Positions 50,676-60,406 of a stretch of DNA of 64,000 nt are shown here, piece by piece. The notes under the pieces are model-generated. The model was not told the origin of the DNA and did not search any database. It was given only the letters and a program-made list of their open reading frames with translations. The translations under genes were made by a program, and so were the position numbers. The stretch comes from a virus (lineage: Duplodnaviria; Caudoviricetes). Location: positions 32,001 through 96,000 of IMG/VR virus record IMGVR_UViG_3300028591_000130; one strand, written 5' to 3'. The first letter of the stretch is position 1. Each line of letters starts with the position of its first letter.

Positions 50676-51123
50676 TATCAAGCAAGAAACTATAGATCGT
50701 TATCTTTCAACAATAACTACTTCTGCACTTGCTAAGTTTGCTCAAGAAGCTGTAACAAAATACGGTACAGAAGAAAAGTTGCAAGAAGCAAACAAGGTAA
50801 TCAGTGTATTAAAAGCACTATACACAAAAAAGGGTATTATTCGTCCTAACTGTGATCCTTATTTCATTGAGCTAATGGAAACCGCAGCCTTTGTTCACAA
50901 TCTATTCTATGACGGTACTTGGATCTCTTGTTTTAGGGCAAGGGAAAAACTTGCTGATCTTGCAAAACAATGTGATATCAAAGGTGAGCACGTAGAACAT
51001 ATTTTTAGTATAGTAGAAGGACAACTTGGTGTTGATATGCCTGTAGTCAGTGCACGTCCTAATCCTAATACACCGGTAGAAGATTTTGCTCTTTGCTGTT
51101 GGATAGTTAAGGTACTCTTATGA
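50668..51123 (+). CDS. HD-domain-like protein (degenerate)
   Basis: TAAFVHNL resembles AALLHD; helical; AGGAGG RBS. Confidence 0.45.
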   Translation: MSDIKQETIDRYLSTITTSALAKFAQEAVTKYGTEEKLQEANKVISVLKALYTKKGIIRPNCDPYFIELMETAAFVHNLFYDGTWISCFRAREKLADLAKQCDIKGEHVEHIFSIVEGQLGVDMPVVSARPNPNTPVEDFALCCWIVKVLL

Positions 51124-51890
51124 GCAAGGTTATAACTCTATCAGAAGATCAGATATGGTCTTACAGTAACTGTCCTGTACAGTTCGAAATGGCACAAAGA
51201 GGAGTCATACCTATAGTACCGAGAACTTTCAAAAGCTGTATCAACAAGGTTAGCAAAATGTTCTTCACTAATCTTATGGAAGGTACAGTTCTTGATATGC
51301 AAACTTTGAAGCTTGAATGGGATAAGGTCTGGGCGGCTAACTCTGACCTTATCAATCAGAGAAAAGGACTGCAAGGCTACGCAGCTCTTAACTCTTTATA
51401 CAAGTGGGCTGAAAGTGTACAACTTCGGATATTAGATATTATGATTCCTTACGCACTATTGTTTTATGGTAAGGATAACTTGGTGTTTGATATCAGAGGA
51501 CAGATACCTTGTGTATCGATTAACCAAGCTAATCAACCTGCAGTTCTTATTATGGACTATAACGATAAACACACTGATCAGGTTAGAACCGATATGAACC
51601 TAAGGTATTCCCTTGCTTGTTTTGCACTGAAACAACAAACAGGACGCAATATAGGCATTCACGTTAGGAATACAAAACATTGTACCGATACCTTTTCTTA
51701 CAGGGCAGAATCTGATTATGAAAGACTAAAAACGACTATTACAAATATAGGTTACTGTATAGCTAACAAAATCTTCTATCCAAGAGAAGGTCCTGTTTGT
51801 ACGTCATGCAGCGTTATGGGTGCCTGTCGATCTTGGACTCACGCAGTTGAAGGGAGGAATAAGCCATGGTTGAAATCAAAGAATATATAG
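51120..51890 (+). CDS. Cas4/RecB-like PD-(D/E)XK-fold protein with Fe-S cysteines, degenerate active site
   Basis: N-terminal YSNCP; C-terminal CTSC.....C; RGQIP and MDYN where GxID and IDYK are expected. Confidence 0.7.
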   Translation: MSKVITLSEDQIWSYSNCPVQFEMAQRGVIPIVPRTFKSCINKVSKMFFTNLMEGTVLDMQTLKLEWDKVWAANSDLINQRKGLQGYAALNSLYKWAESVQLRILDIMIPYALLFYGKDNLVFDIRGQIPCVSINQANQPAVLIMDYNDKHTDQVRTDMNLRYSLACFALKQQTGRNIGIHVRNTKHCTDTFSYRAESDYERLKTTITNIGYCIANKIFYPREGPVCTSCSVMGACRSWTHAVEGRNKPWLKSKNI

Positions 51891-52009
51891 GACACAAACC
51901 TGTTGAGATAAAGACAAACGTTAATAAGAAGAAAAAGAATACTGTTAAGAAAGATACCAAGAAGGAAGACAAAGACAATGGCGTACAAGAAAACGACAAA
52001 AAGCAGTAA
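51866..52009 (+). CDS. Small Lys-rich protein (47 aa, not in ORF track)
   Basis: GGAGG RBS then MVEIKEYIGHKPVEIKTNVNKKKK...; bridges the flanking genes. Confidence 0.5.
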   Translation: MVEIKEYIGHKPVEIKTNVNKKKKNTVKKDTKKEDKDNGVQENDKKQ

Positions 52010-52538
52010 GACAAGCAAAGGATACGAGATAGACGGAATAACGTACAAGTCAAAGGTTCTTGCAGAATATCACAAGGAACTGAAGAACAACAAGTATGTT
52101 AAGACCTTTCACTTACCTGAAATGTCTGAGGATAAGAAGGCGCGAAATGGTAAGTATAACTCTTACAAGGTTAGCATTAATGATATCACATTTGACTCGA
52201 TTATGGAGTCAAAATTTTATCTTCTGTTATTAACAATGCAAGCTGACAAAGAAGTTATCGGTTTTGAGAACCAAGTTACCTTCGAATTACAGCCTAAATT
52301 TAAGGACAAGAATACGGGGAAAAGTGTAAGGGCGATAACCTACATAGCTGATTTCGTAGTTACAATGTCTGACAAAAGAGTTATTGCAGTAGACGTTAAA
52401 GGAAAAGAGACAGACGTATTTAAGATTAAAAGAAAGATGTTTCAGTACAGATATCCTGATATCGAACTTGTCTGTATGAGACTTGTCAGTAAAACTAACC
52501 TATGGTTAACGGTAGAAGAGATCAAGAAAGGTAAGTAA
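51978..52538 (+). CDS. DUF1064-family PD-(D/E)XK endonuclease
   Basis: ITFDSIMESKFY, QVTFELQPKF, TYIADF, VDVKG and KRKMF motifs; N-terminal partial duplication IDGITYKSK. Confidence 0.8.
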   Translation: MAYKKTTKSSKTSKGYEIDGITYKSKVLAEYHKELKNNKYVKTFHLPEMSEDKKARNGKYNSYKVSINDITFDSIMESKFYLLLLTMQADKEVIGFENQVTFELQPKFKDKNTGKSVRAITYIADFVVTMSDKRVIAVDVKGKETDVFKIKRKMFQYRYPDIELVCMRLVSKTNLWLTVEEIKKGK

Positions 52539-52544
52539 TCAAAG

Positions 52545-53438
52545 ATGAAAAACACCGTACAAACCCCTGGTACGGTAGAAGAAAAAAAATACTATTATAA
52601 GAATATAAATGAGTGGCAAGAAGTAGAAGACCTTGTAATGCAATATCAAAAACAGTTTACGGACCCTTCAGCTAAGGAACAATCAGACCTTGCAATGATG
52701 TCACTATTAGACAAGTTTTATCCTTTGTTTAAGAAATACCTTATCCTTCTAAAAAGTGCCCAGATTAACTTCGACGACGTCGAAATGAAACGTTTCATTC
52801 TTAACTTTATCGGAGATCCAAAGTTAAAACAAGCACTAAAACGTAACCAACAAAGTGCAACAGTAAGGGCACCCATTTACTATCGTTTTAACTTTATCAG
52901 AGAAACTTATGGGTCTTTGCCTGAAGCAGAGATTATGAATGACCTGCAGTTTGCCTTTATGGTTATGGCACAAAGATATCGACAACTTGGTCGTAACTTT
53001 ACGGGATACATTTATAACGCTTACTGTTACGAGGTTGCGAGAAACATAAAGAAGTTCATTGATAATCCTGCCAATATCCATTATCGCAATATCGAGTATG
53101 AAGAGTACATGCAAAAGTACAGTTCTGAGTTTGTAACAGAGACTAATCCTTTTGAAGGCAGCTTGTGTGAAAATGAAATGGGTATTCCTGACACAAGCTG
53201 GATTATAGGATTAGGTTGTTCTCGGTTATTTGAAAGACTTACTCCCCTTGAAAGGAAGATTATTGTCAAGTATTACCTTGAAGACTGGAACGACAGACAA
53301 GTAGCAGAAAGATTTGGCTTGCACATTAACTTCGTTAACGCGAGAAGGCGTTCTGCAACGGAAACCCTGGCAGGTATTTTAGCCTTAGATAAGTCTAACA
53401 TAAAAAGGAATCGTAAAGGAAACAACAAAAAGACATAA
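52545..53438 (+). CDS. Phage RNA polymerase sigma-70-family factor
   Basis: Region-2-like DLQFAF...RY...NFTGYI; region-4 HTH LTPLERKIIVKYYLEDWNDRQVAERFGL. Confidence 0.75.
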   Translation: MKNTVQTPGTVEEKKYYYKNINEWQEVEDLVMQYQKQFTDPSAKEQSDLAMMSLLDKFYPLFKKYLILLKSAQINFDDVEMKRFILNFIGDPKLKQALKRNQQSATVRAPIYYRFNFIRETYGSLPEAEIMNDLQFAFMVMAQRYRQLGRNFTGYIYNAYCYEVARNIKKFIDNPANIHYRNIEYEEYMQKYSSEFVTETNPFEGSLCENEMGIPDTSWIIGLGCSRLFERLTPLERKIIVKYYLEDWNDRQVAERFGLHINFVNARRRSATETLAGILALDKSNIKRNRKGNNKKT

Positions 53439-53460
53439 CAAGTTTAACAAAATTGTGTCC

Positions 53461-53487
53461 CTCCTTGAAAAAGTCAAGGAGTTTTTT
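53461..53487 (+). terminator. Intrinsic terminator
   Basis: CTCCTTGA-AAAAG-TCAAGGAG followed by TTTTTT. Confidence 0.75.
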
Positions 53488-53488
53488 A

Positions 53489-53517
53489 TTGCCAAACTTG
53501 CTGTCTTATGGTATAAT
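53489..53517 (+). promoter_or_regulatory. Sigma-A promoter with extended -10
   Basis: TTGCCA-17 nt-TATAAT with TGn extension, upstream of recJ. Confidence 0.8.
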
Positions 53518-53543
53518 AAAGGCTAACAAAGGAGGACGTTGCG

Positions 53544-55223
53544 GTGAAATGGATCATAAAAGACAGAGAATACTTTAAACCTTACTTACAAATTGTACAA
53601 AACGAGTACAAGAAGATAGGCATAGGTAATGTTATGGCAAAGGTACTGTTAAACAGGGGATACAAGTACGAAGATATTAAAAGAATTATAACAGACCCTG
53701 CTAACTGTCTTGACTACCCGGACGAGATATATGGGTGCAATGAAGTATCTGCTGCCATTATTAAAGCTGTTAACGAAGGCAAGAAAGTAATTGTGTTTGC
53801 TGACTATGACGTTGACGGTTTAACAGCGGGATACATTATGTGTAACTATCTGAAAACACTTGGCACTGATGTCTCTGTTTACTATCCTGAGAGACACGAA
53901 GGCTACGGTCTCAGCTTATCGTTCTTACAGAAACTTAAAGGCGACGAAGTTATAGTAACGGTAGACAACGGCATAGGCGCCCTGCCTGCTATCAGGTATT
54001 GTAAAGATCATAACATTACCTTGATCATAACGGATCACCACCAACCTAAGGAAGAGATAAAAGACATTCCTGTCTGTGATCCCTGGTATGATCCTAACGG
54101 TAAAGGACACCACTTGTGTGGTGCTGCTGTAGCCTGGAAGGTCTGTATGAATATAGATGACATTTTAGGGAAGGAAGAAGCTTGGAAGCTTGTGCCTTAT
54201 GCTGCCATAGGTACAGTAGCTGACGTTATGCCTATGACGCTGGAGAATATGGTTATTGTAAGAACAGGCTTACAGATGATCGAACAAGGATTTGTACCCA
54301 ATATCCAAAAATTCTTTATAGCTGAAGGGATATCACAACCTACAACAGTTGACATTGCCTGGAAACTTGCGCCTAAGCTTAACGCCGCAGGACGTATGGG
54401 CAAGGTTAAACTTGCGTCAGATTTTCTGTTTTATGAAGGTGATACGGCAGGTCTTGAGAGAAGGATAATAGATATTGACAGTATTAATAGAGACAGGAAG
54501 GCGTTATCAAAGCAAGCTGAAAGTATAGCTCTGGCACAAAACTATGACTTTAATGCCTTCTGCTTATTTGACGCTACTGACTATCCTGCAGGGATATCAG
54601 GCTTGATAGCTAACAAACTTGTTGAGGTATTTAACAAACCCGCTATTGTTTACACAAGGACTAACAGTACTACTTGGCCTGCAAGTATGAGATCTAACGG
54701 GTTTGATATGCTTCCTTATCTTGAAAGACTAAAACAACAAAGTATAATCTATGACTATGGCGGGCACAAGCAAGCTTGCGGTATATCCTTATTTCCTGAT
54801 CTTGAAACATTTCAGACAAAGCTCAACGGTTATATCAGGATACCTTTGTCAGAGTTTAAACAAGAAGAACAAGTAGTTGAAGTTGACAAAGAGATATCGT
54901 TGGCTGACGTTAACAACAAGCTTATGTCTGATATCGCTATGATACCGTCAGATAATAACTTGTTTCCTGAACCGGTATTTATCGTTAAAGGGTTAACCGT
55001 TGTTGATATCGAACATTCAAAGAATAATCCTAACAATATTAAATTGCACCTTGTTGACAGAGACAAAAACCTTTACAAACTTTGGGCTTGGAACAAGGAT
55101 AAGACATACAAGGCTATAGGAAGTCCAAAGTATGTCGATATCATAGGTAAGGTTACAAGGGGCTTTGGTAACGAAGCCGGGAGTGCAGTATTTAACGTGG
55201 AGGACATAAGATGCGCGATTTAA
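53544..55223 (+). CDS. recJ: Single-stranded DNA exonuclease RecJ (DHH family)
   Basis: FADYDVDG, TVDNG, TDHH, GTVAD, APKLNAAGR and GGH motifs. Confidence 0.92.
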   Translation: MKWIIKDREYFKPYLQIVQNEYKKIGIGNVMAKVLLNRGYKYEDIKRIITDPANCLDYPDEIYGCNEVSAAIIKAVNEGKKVIVFADYDVDGLTAGYIMCNYLKTLGTDVSVYYPERHEGYGLSLSFLQKLKGDEVIVTVDNGIGALPAIRYCKDHNITLIITDHHQPKEEIKDIPVCDPWYDPNGKGHHLCGAAVAWKVCMNIDDILGKEEAWKLVPYAAIGTVADVMPMTLENMVIVRTGLQMIEQGFVPNIQKFFIAEGISQPTTVDIAWKLAPKLNAAGRMGKVKLASDFLFYEGDTAGLERRIIDIDSINRDRKALSKQAESIALAQNYDFNAFCLFDATDYPAGISGLIANKLVEVFNKPAIVYTRTNSTTWPASMRSNGFDMLPYLERLKQQSIIYDYGGHKQACGISLFPDLETFQTKLNGYIRIPLSEFKQEEQVVEVDKEISLADVNNKLMSDIAMIPSDNNLFPEPVFIVKGLTVVDIEHSKNNPNNIKLHLVDRDKNLYKLWAWNKDKTYKAIGSPKYVDIIGKVTRGFGNEAGSAVFNVEDIRCAI

Positions 55224-55504
55224 CAGAAGGTAGCAATAAGGTAAGAGAAAGACACCTTAAGAAAGGCGAACATTACGAACTTTGGTTTGCAGATAATACT
55301 TTAATACCGTTTAAAGTTAGTATGGTGAAAAACGGGATACAGCGGTATGAAAGACAAGGTAATCTTGCAGCCATTTGTAACCTTGCAGCAAAAGGTATGA
55401 ACAAGGCTTTCTTTATGCATACCGTTCAACAGTTTTTGTACGAAGGTATCGAACTTGCAGAAAACCTGTGGGATAAGAAGATTTACCTTATTGACCATAC
55501 TTAA
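55211..55504 (+). CDS. Hypothetical protein
   Basis: 97 aa, GGAGG RBS, overlaps the recJ stop. Confidence 0.55.
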   Translation: MRDLTEGSNKVRERHLKKGEHYELWFADNTLIPFKVSMVKNGIQRYERQGNLAAICNLAAKGMNKAFFMHTVQQFLYEGIELAENLWDKKIYLIDHT

Positions 55505-55520
55505 AAAGGGAGTGAGAGTT

Positions 55521-55886
55521 ATGACCGATATTGTTCTCGTAAGTAACAGAAACAAAGAAAAGACACTTGGTGATATCGACAGGTATTGCTTTACTTACGA
55601 ACTTGGCAGTGAAGGCCTTATTTTAACAGTTAAGGAAAAAGGCCTTATTTTGACAGCTAAGGAAAAGCTGTCGTGTACTATTACCGCTATAGGTAATGAC
55701 GACAAAACAATCGTTTTTAATGACGACCAAGAGACTATGATAGGCACTCTAGAATATCCGGGTGATATCAGGATCTTACATATGGGGACAGGAGTAGCGC
55801 TGTCTAACAATATATTAGAGTACAGGCTCCCGTTGACTAACAATATTTACACTATCGTAGAAGGGCCTCCAAATGAACAAGCCTAA
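55521..55886 (+). CDS. Hypothetical protein
   Basis: ATG after AAGGGAG. Confidence 0.55.
   Translation: MTDIVLVSNRNKEKTLGDIDRYCFTYELGSEGLILTVKEKGLILTAKEKLSCTITAIGNDDKTIVFNDDQETMIGTLEYPGDIRILHMGTGVALSNNILEYRLPLTNNIYTIVEGPPNEQA
55612..55665 (+). repeat. 27-bp in-frame tandem duplication
   Basis: aaggccttattttaacagttaaggaaa / aaggccttattttgacagctaaggaaa (GLILTVKEK GLILTAKEK). Confidence 0.85.
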
Positions 55887-56070
55887 CAGATGGTCAAGAC
55901 TGCAGAGAGTTCACGCTGTCTGTGATATCTGCAAGTACAAAAATAACTGTAGCGTTTGGTGCTTTGGTGATCTCTTTGAACAAAGTACAGGACAGATTGT
56001 TAAACAAAGTTTGATATCAAAAGTTATAGCTTGGATTAAGGGGGATACTAACGTTAAAGATAAAAACTGA
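55873..56070 (+). CDS. Small Cys-containing hypothetical protein
   Basis: CDICKYKNNCSVWC. Confidence 0.45.
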   Translation: MNKPNRWSRLQRVHAVCDICKYKNNCSVWCFGDLFEQSTGQIVKQSLISKVIAWIKGDTNVKDKN

Positions 56071-56183
56071 AGATAAAATAGAAACTGTAACTAATGGGTG
56101 GAAGACAGTAGAAATTACAGAAGAAGTAAAGACAGTGAAGCACTATGTAAGGCTATAACGACTGTTTGGAGGTAGACTAAAGA

Positions 56184-56831
56184 ATGGCAGGAAAACTGAT
56201 AGTGTTAGAAGGCATTGATAGGTCAGGTAAAGAGACACAAGCAAAGATTTTGTATGACAGACTTATAAAAGAAGGCTTTTGGACCAAACTGGTAAGCTTC
56301 CCTAACTATGGTTCAGAGTCTTCTCTTCTTTTACGGAAGTATCTTAATGGTGACTTTGGACAGAAACCTGAGACAGTTAGTCCTTACGCCGTAGCTATGT
56401 TTTACGCGCTTGACAGGTTTTTAAGTTTAGACAGTTGGTATTCCTTCTATCAACAAGGTGGTGTTGTTGTCTGTGATCGTTACGTCAGTTCTAACGTAGC
56501 ATATCAAGCTTCCAAGATTGTAAAGAAGACAGAGAGAAACAGTTTTCTTGATTGGGTGACGTCACTTGAGTACACAAAGCTTGGTGCACCGCAGGCGTCG
56601 CTAACCTTGTTTCTTGACGTGTCACCTTCGCTGTCTTTAAAAATGGGACAAAGAGACAGTTCTGATATTCACGAGGAGAACATTCATTATCTTGAAAAGG
56701 TCTACAACGTTTATAAAAGAATGGCAGGCAAGCGTTCTTGGGCTACTATTTACTGTACTTACGGTACCAGCATAAGACCTATTGCTGATATTAGCAATGA
56801 TATCTGGCACTTGGTAGAACCGATCTTGTAA
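56184..56831 (+). CDS. tmk: Thymidylate kinase
   Basis: LIVLEGIDRSGKETQ P-loop; SFPNY; DRY..SN.AYQ; DIHE. Confidence 0.9.
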   Translation: MAGKLIVLEGIDRSGKETQAKILYDRLIKEGFWTKLVSFPNYGSESSLLLRKYLNGDFGQKPETVSPYAVAMFYALDRFLSLDSWYSFYQQGGVVVCDRYVSSNVAYQASKIVKKTERNSFLDWVTSLEYTKLGAPQASLTLFLDVSPSLSLKMGQRDSSDIHEENIHYLEKVYNVYKRMAGKRSWATIYCTYGTSIRPIADISNDIWHLVEPIL

Positions 56832-56851
56832 AAGGATGGTGACGCGTTTTT

Positions 56852-59800
56852 ATGACAGGTTACGTTGGATTGCACCAGCATAGTACATACAGTCTTCTTG
56901 ACGGTTTTTGTAAGATACCCGATCTTGTCAGAAAGAGTAAAGAACTTGGATGGACTGCTACAGCAATAACGGATCATAATCACCTTGGAGGCATTCCTGA
57001 CTTTCAACAAGAATGTTTCAAGCAAGGAATAAAACCGATCTTAGGAATGGAAGGATATTTTACGGTGAGCACAAAAATCTTGTCTGCGCCCATCGAAGAA
57101 AGACACAAGATTGCAGAACGTGACGCTATTCTGTCAGGTAAGTGGACTGAGGCTGATATCAAAAGTTTAGACAAGCAAGATCGTAAACAACTTTGGCAAG
57201 ATTATGGTTATGACACGTCAGGTTTTCATATCTTGTTCTTGGCTAAGAATCAACAAGGGTGGAACAACCTTGTTAAGATCCAAAGCGAAAGCAGCAAAGC
57301 TTGTACCTTTAACGGCAGATATCACTGTGATATGAATATCTTGAGAAAGTATCATGACGGGGTTATCTGTACTACAGCATGTGTAGCTAACTTTGCTGCT
57401 GCAATGATTAACAACAGAAAGACGTCTCTTGCTGCTTGGTACCTTAGTCAAATGCAAAAGATCTTTAGTGACGACTTTTACCTTGAAATTCAACCGTTAA
57501 ATATTAAGAAGCAACAGACAGTCAATCTGTTCTATCATACCTGGGCACAAGATCATAGCGTTAAGGTTATTGCTACTAATGACTCTCACTGGATAAATCA
57601 AAGTGACGCTGCTGATCATGACGTACTCTTGTGCATAGGTACGGGCGCCAAGCAAGCTGATATGGCACGTATGCATTACTCGCCTGTGTTTTGGATTAGA
57701 AGCGAAGAAGAAATGATATCGGCCTTTGAAGAACAAGCCGATAGTATGGTAGAAAAGTTTTCTAAGTTTAAAGAACAAGATAGAGAAGATTATCTTAGCT
57801 TTTGTAAGCAAGCGTTAACTGCTACCCAAGAAATAGCTGATAAAGTAGATCCTGATATTAAACTTGGATCAGAGTATCACCTGTTTCCTGCTGTTAAGGT
57901 AGAAGAAGGTAAGACTGCAGAATTTGTCTTGTATGAGAAAGCTGCTACCGGACTCTTTGAATATCTTTACGACAATCCCGATCTTGACAGAGAAGTCTAC
58001 AAGACAAGACTTGTAGAAGAACTTGATATTATATGTTCTAAAGGTTTTGCGCCTTACTTCCTTGCCTTTGAGGAACTGGCTACATGGTGTGATATCAACG
58101 ACATACCTACAGGTCCCGGCAGAGGATCTGCAGCAGGAAGTTTGACACTCTTGTGTTTAGGTGTAACCAAGAAGATCGATCCTATCAAAATGAAACTTTG
58201 GTTCTCTCGTTTTATGACAAAAGACAGAACAGCTATTCCTGATATCGATTATGACGTATCTTGGGCACAACGTGACAAAGTTATCAAACACCTCAAGGAA
58301 ACTTACGGTACAAAGTTTGTCGCACACATAGGCACTTTCACTACTCTTAAGGTTAAGAGTGCTATTAAGGACGTAGCCCGTGTCCTTGGTCTTGAGTTTA
58401 CGGAAAGCCTTAAAATATCCAAGGCTATTGACGCTCTTTCAGAAGATCCTAATCTTTCTTTTAAAACGATAGACAGTTGGGCTGACGGATCTTTAGATGA
58501 CAGAGAAAGGTATAAACGTTTTCAAGAACTTGAAAGCAGTTATGAAGATATCTTTGAACTTGCAAGAAAATTTGAAGGTATACCAAGACAAATGGGTGTA
58601 CACGCAAGCGGTATTCTGGTAATGCCGAAACCTGTCAGTGATCTCTTCCCTGTCAGATATCTTGACGGTGTAGCTGTTACTCTTTGGACAGGCACACAGG
58701 TAGACGAGATGAAAGCTTGTAAGCTTGACCTGTTAGGATTAAAAACTCTTGACCTGTTAGACACAACCGTTAAAAACGTAGGACTCTCAATAAGAGACAT
58801 TTACGAAACAGTTGATATCAACGATAAAGAGTTATACAAAGCTATCAGAGAAAAGAAAACTAACGCTGTCTTCCAGCTTGAAAGTAATCTTATGAAACAG
58901 ATTATCGACACTATCCAACCTACCTGTTTTGACGACGTGATCGCAATTAACGCACTTGCAAGACCGGGACCTTTGTCTTGTAATATGCACGTTGACTATG
59001 CTGCCGTTAAGAACGGAGAGAAAGAGATACAATATCCGATCAGGGGTTGTGACGATATTCTTGATATCACTTATGGTGCTATAGTGTATCAGGAACAGGT
59101 AATGGCCATTTCTAAAAGAATAGCAGGTTTTGACGACAACCAAGCAGACAATATCTCGAGGAAGATTATCGGCAAAAAAATAGCCAAGCTTTGGCCTATG
59201 CTGGTTCGTTGTCATACCTATGGTAAGAAAAATTGCGAAGGACCTGACGGATGGGAAGATAACGACAATCTGCCTTGGTATGACCCCAAGGGCAAGTACG
59301 GTGATGAGATAGAAGGTGCTATTAACAGAGGTTACAGTGCTGACGAAGTAATATCATTCTTTAACAGTATTGAGAACTACGCAAGCTACGCTTTTAACCG
59401 TAGTCACGCTGCCTGTTATAGCCTGCTGGGAATCTATACTATGTACGTTAAGCTGCACTACCCTGTTTACTTTTGGGCGTCAGTTTTGTCGATAGCAGAA
59501 GATGCCAAGAAAGAAAAGTACTTTGTTACGATCAAGGAACAGGATATTCAGTTTGCTGTTCCTGATATCAACAAGTCTAACAAGGATTTTACAGCTGACT
59601 CTAAAGGAAAGAAAATTTTCTTTGGTCTTAATAGCGTTAAAGGGATCGGGGAAAGTACAGTAGCTGATATCTTATCTGACAGAGAGAAGAACGGATTTTA
59701 CAAGGGTGTAGAAGATATCAACAGTCGTCTTCCAAAAAAGACGTTGCGCCTTAACGTATTTCTTACCCTTGTTCTTGCAGGTGCCTTTGCCTTTGAAGAT

Positions 59801-60229
59801 GAAAATCGTTTTATTCTTTACAACAAGGTCCTTGATATCAGAAAAGATAAGAAGACAAAAAGAAAGAACGTCGATAAGTGGAACGAAGACGAGTGTAAGA
59901 AACTTGAGAAAGATCTGTTGGGTGCAAGGATAACTTACAGTAGCTGGTGGGACAGTATTAAAAATGGATCTTCCTTTAAAGATATCAAAGTTAACAGTGT
60001 AACAGCGATATCAGAACGTACAGACAAAAAAGGGCGTTTAATGTTATTCTGTAACTTAACCATAGATGCCTGTAAGATAAAAGCGATTATGTTTGCAAGT
60101 GACTACGCTAACCATAACGGACAAGCACTCAAAGACAAAAAAGGACCGTTTGTGATAGCAGGAAAAAGACAAGATGACACAATCCTGATCAAAAACGTTA
60201 AGATCGATATTGAAGAAATCTTAGAGTAA
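56852..60229 (+). CDS. dnaE: DNA polymerase III alpha subunit (family C)
   Basis: PHP HQHSTYSLLDG/TDH; GRGSAAGS; PDIDYD; HASG; KLDLLGLKTL; FQLES; RPGP; YAFNRSHA. Confidence 0.95.
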   Translation: MTGYVGLHQHSTYSLLDGFCKIPDLVRKSKELGWTATAITDHNHLGGIPDFQQECFKQGIKPILGMEGYFTVSTKILSAPIEERHKIAERDAILSGKWTEADIKSLDKQDRKQLWQDYGYDTSGFHILFLAKNQQGWNNLVKIQSESSKACTFNGRYHCDMNILRKYHDGVICTTACVANFAAAMINNRKTSLAAWYLSQMQKIFSDDFYLEIQPLNIKKQQTVNLFYHTWAQDHSVKVIATNDSHWINQSDAADHDVLLCIGTGAKQADMARMHYSPVFWIRSEEEMISAFEEQADSMVEKFSKFKEQDREDYLSFCKQALTATQEIADKVDPDIKLGSEYHLFPAVKVEEGKTAEFVLYEKAATGLFEYLYDNPDLDREVYKTRLVEELDIICSKGFAPYFLAFEELATWCDINDIPTGPGRGSAAGSLTLLCLGVTKKIDPIKMKLWFSRFMTKDRTAIPDIDYDVSWAQRDKVIKHLKETYGTKFVAHIGTFTTLKVKSAIKDVARVLGLEFTESLKISKAIDALSEDPNLSFKTIDSWADGSLDDRERYKRFQELESSYEDIFELARKFEGIPRQMGVHASGILVMPKPVSDLFPVRYLDGVAVTLWTGTQVDEMKACKLDLLGLKTLDLLDTTVKNVGLSIRDIYETVDINDKELYKAIREKKTNAVFQLESNLMKQIIDTIQPTCFDDVIAINALARPGPLSCNMHVDYAAVKNGEKEIQYPIRGCDDILDITYGAIVYQEQVMAISKRIAGFDDNQADNISRKIIGKKIAKLWPMLVRCHTYGKKNCEGPDGWEDNDNLPWYDPKGKYGDEIEGAINRGYSADEVISFFNSIENYASYAFNRSHAACYSLLGIYTMYVKLHYPVYFWASVLSIAEDAKKEKYFVTIKEQDIQFAVPDINKSNKDFTADSKGKKIFFGLNSVKGIGESTVADILSDREKNGFYKGVEDINSRLPKKTLRLNVFLTLVLAGAFAFEDENRFILYNKVLDIRKDKKTKRKNVDKWNEDECKKLEKDLLGARITYSSWWDSIKNGSSFKDIKVNSVTAISERTDKKGRLMLFCNLTIDACKIKAIMFASDYANHNGQALKDKKGPFVIAGKRQDDTILIKNVKIDIEEILE

Positions 60230-60406
60230 AAGGATAAAAATAAGACCTGTACCTTAGGTAATGAAAGTTATAAGAAATACCGGCAGAAAATCTTCGTACT
60301 TGTCTGGCGGTAAATTACAAAGGTACAGGCTTTTCTCTTTTTCTGTTAAAGATACATTGTCGATCAGAGGAGGCTTCTTGAGAATAATGTCAAGGAGCGA
60401 GACACA

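Noticed and set aside
56051-56158. 35-codon ORF with an RBS but an ACG first codon inside TAACGTTA
   Set aside because: Too short to support. The idea that ATG mutated into the palindrome cannot be tested without homologues.
56852-60229. Intein or intron in dnaE
   Set aside because: Length (1125 aa) and motif order are normal. The short insertion near KKIAK...EIEG has no C...HN splice motifs or LAGLIDADG.
46471-60398. Shared CTTGA...TCAAGG operator at 46473, 53464 and 60377
   Set aside because: Half-site spacing differs (10, 5 and 8 nt), CTTGA/TCAAG are common words here, and each site has its own simpler explanation.
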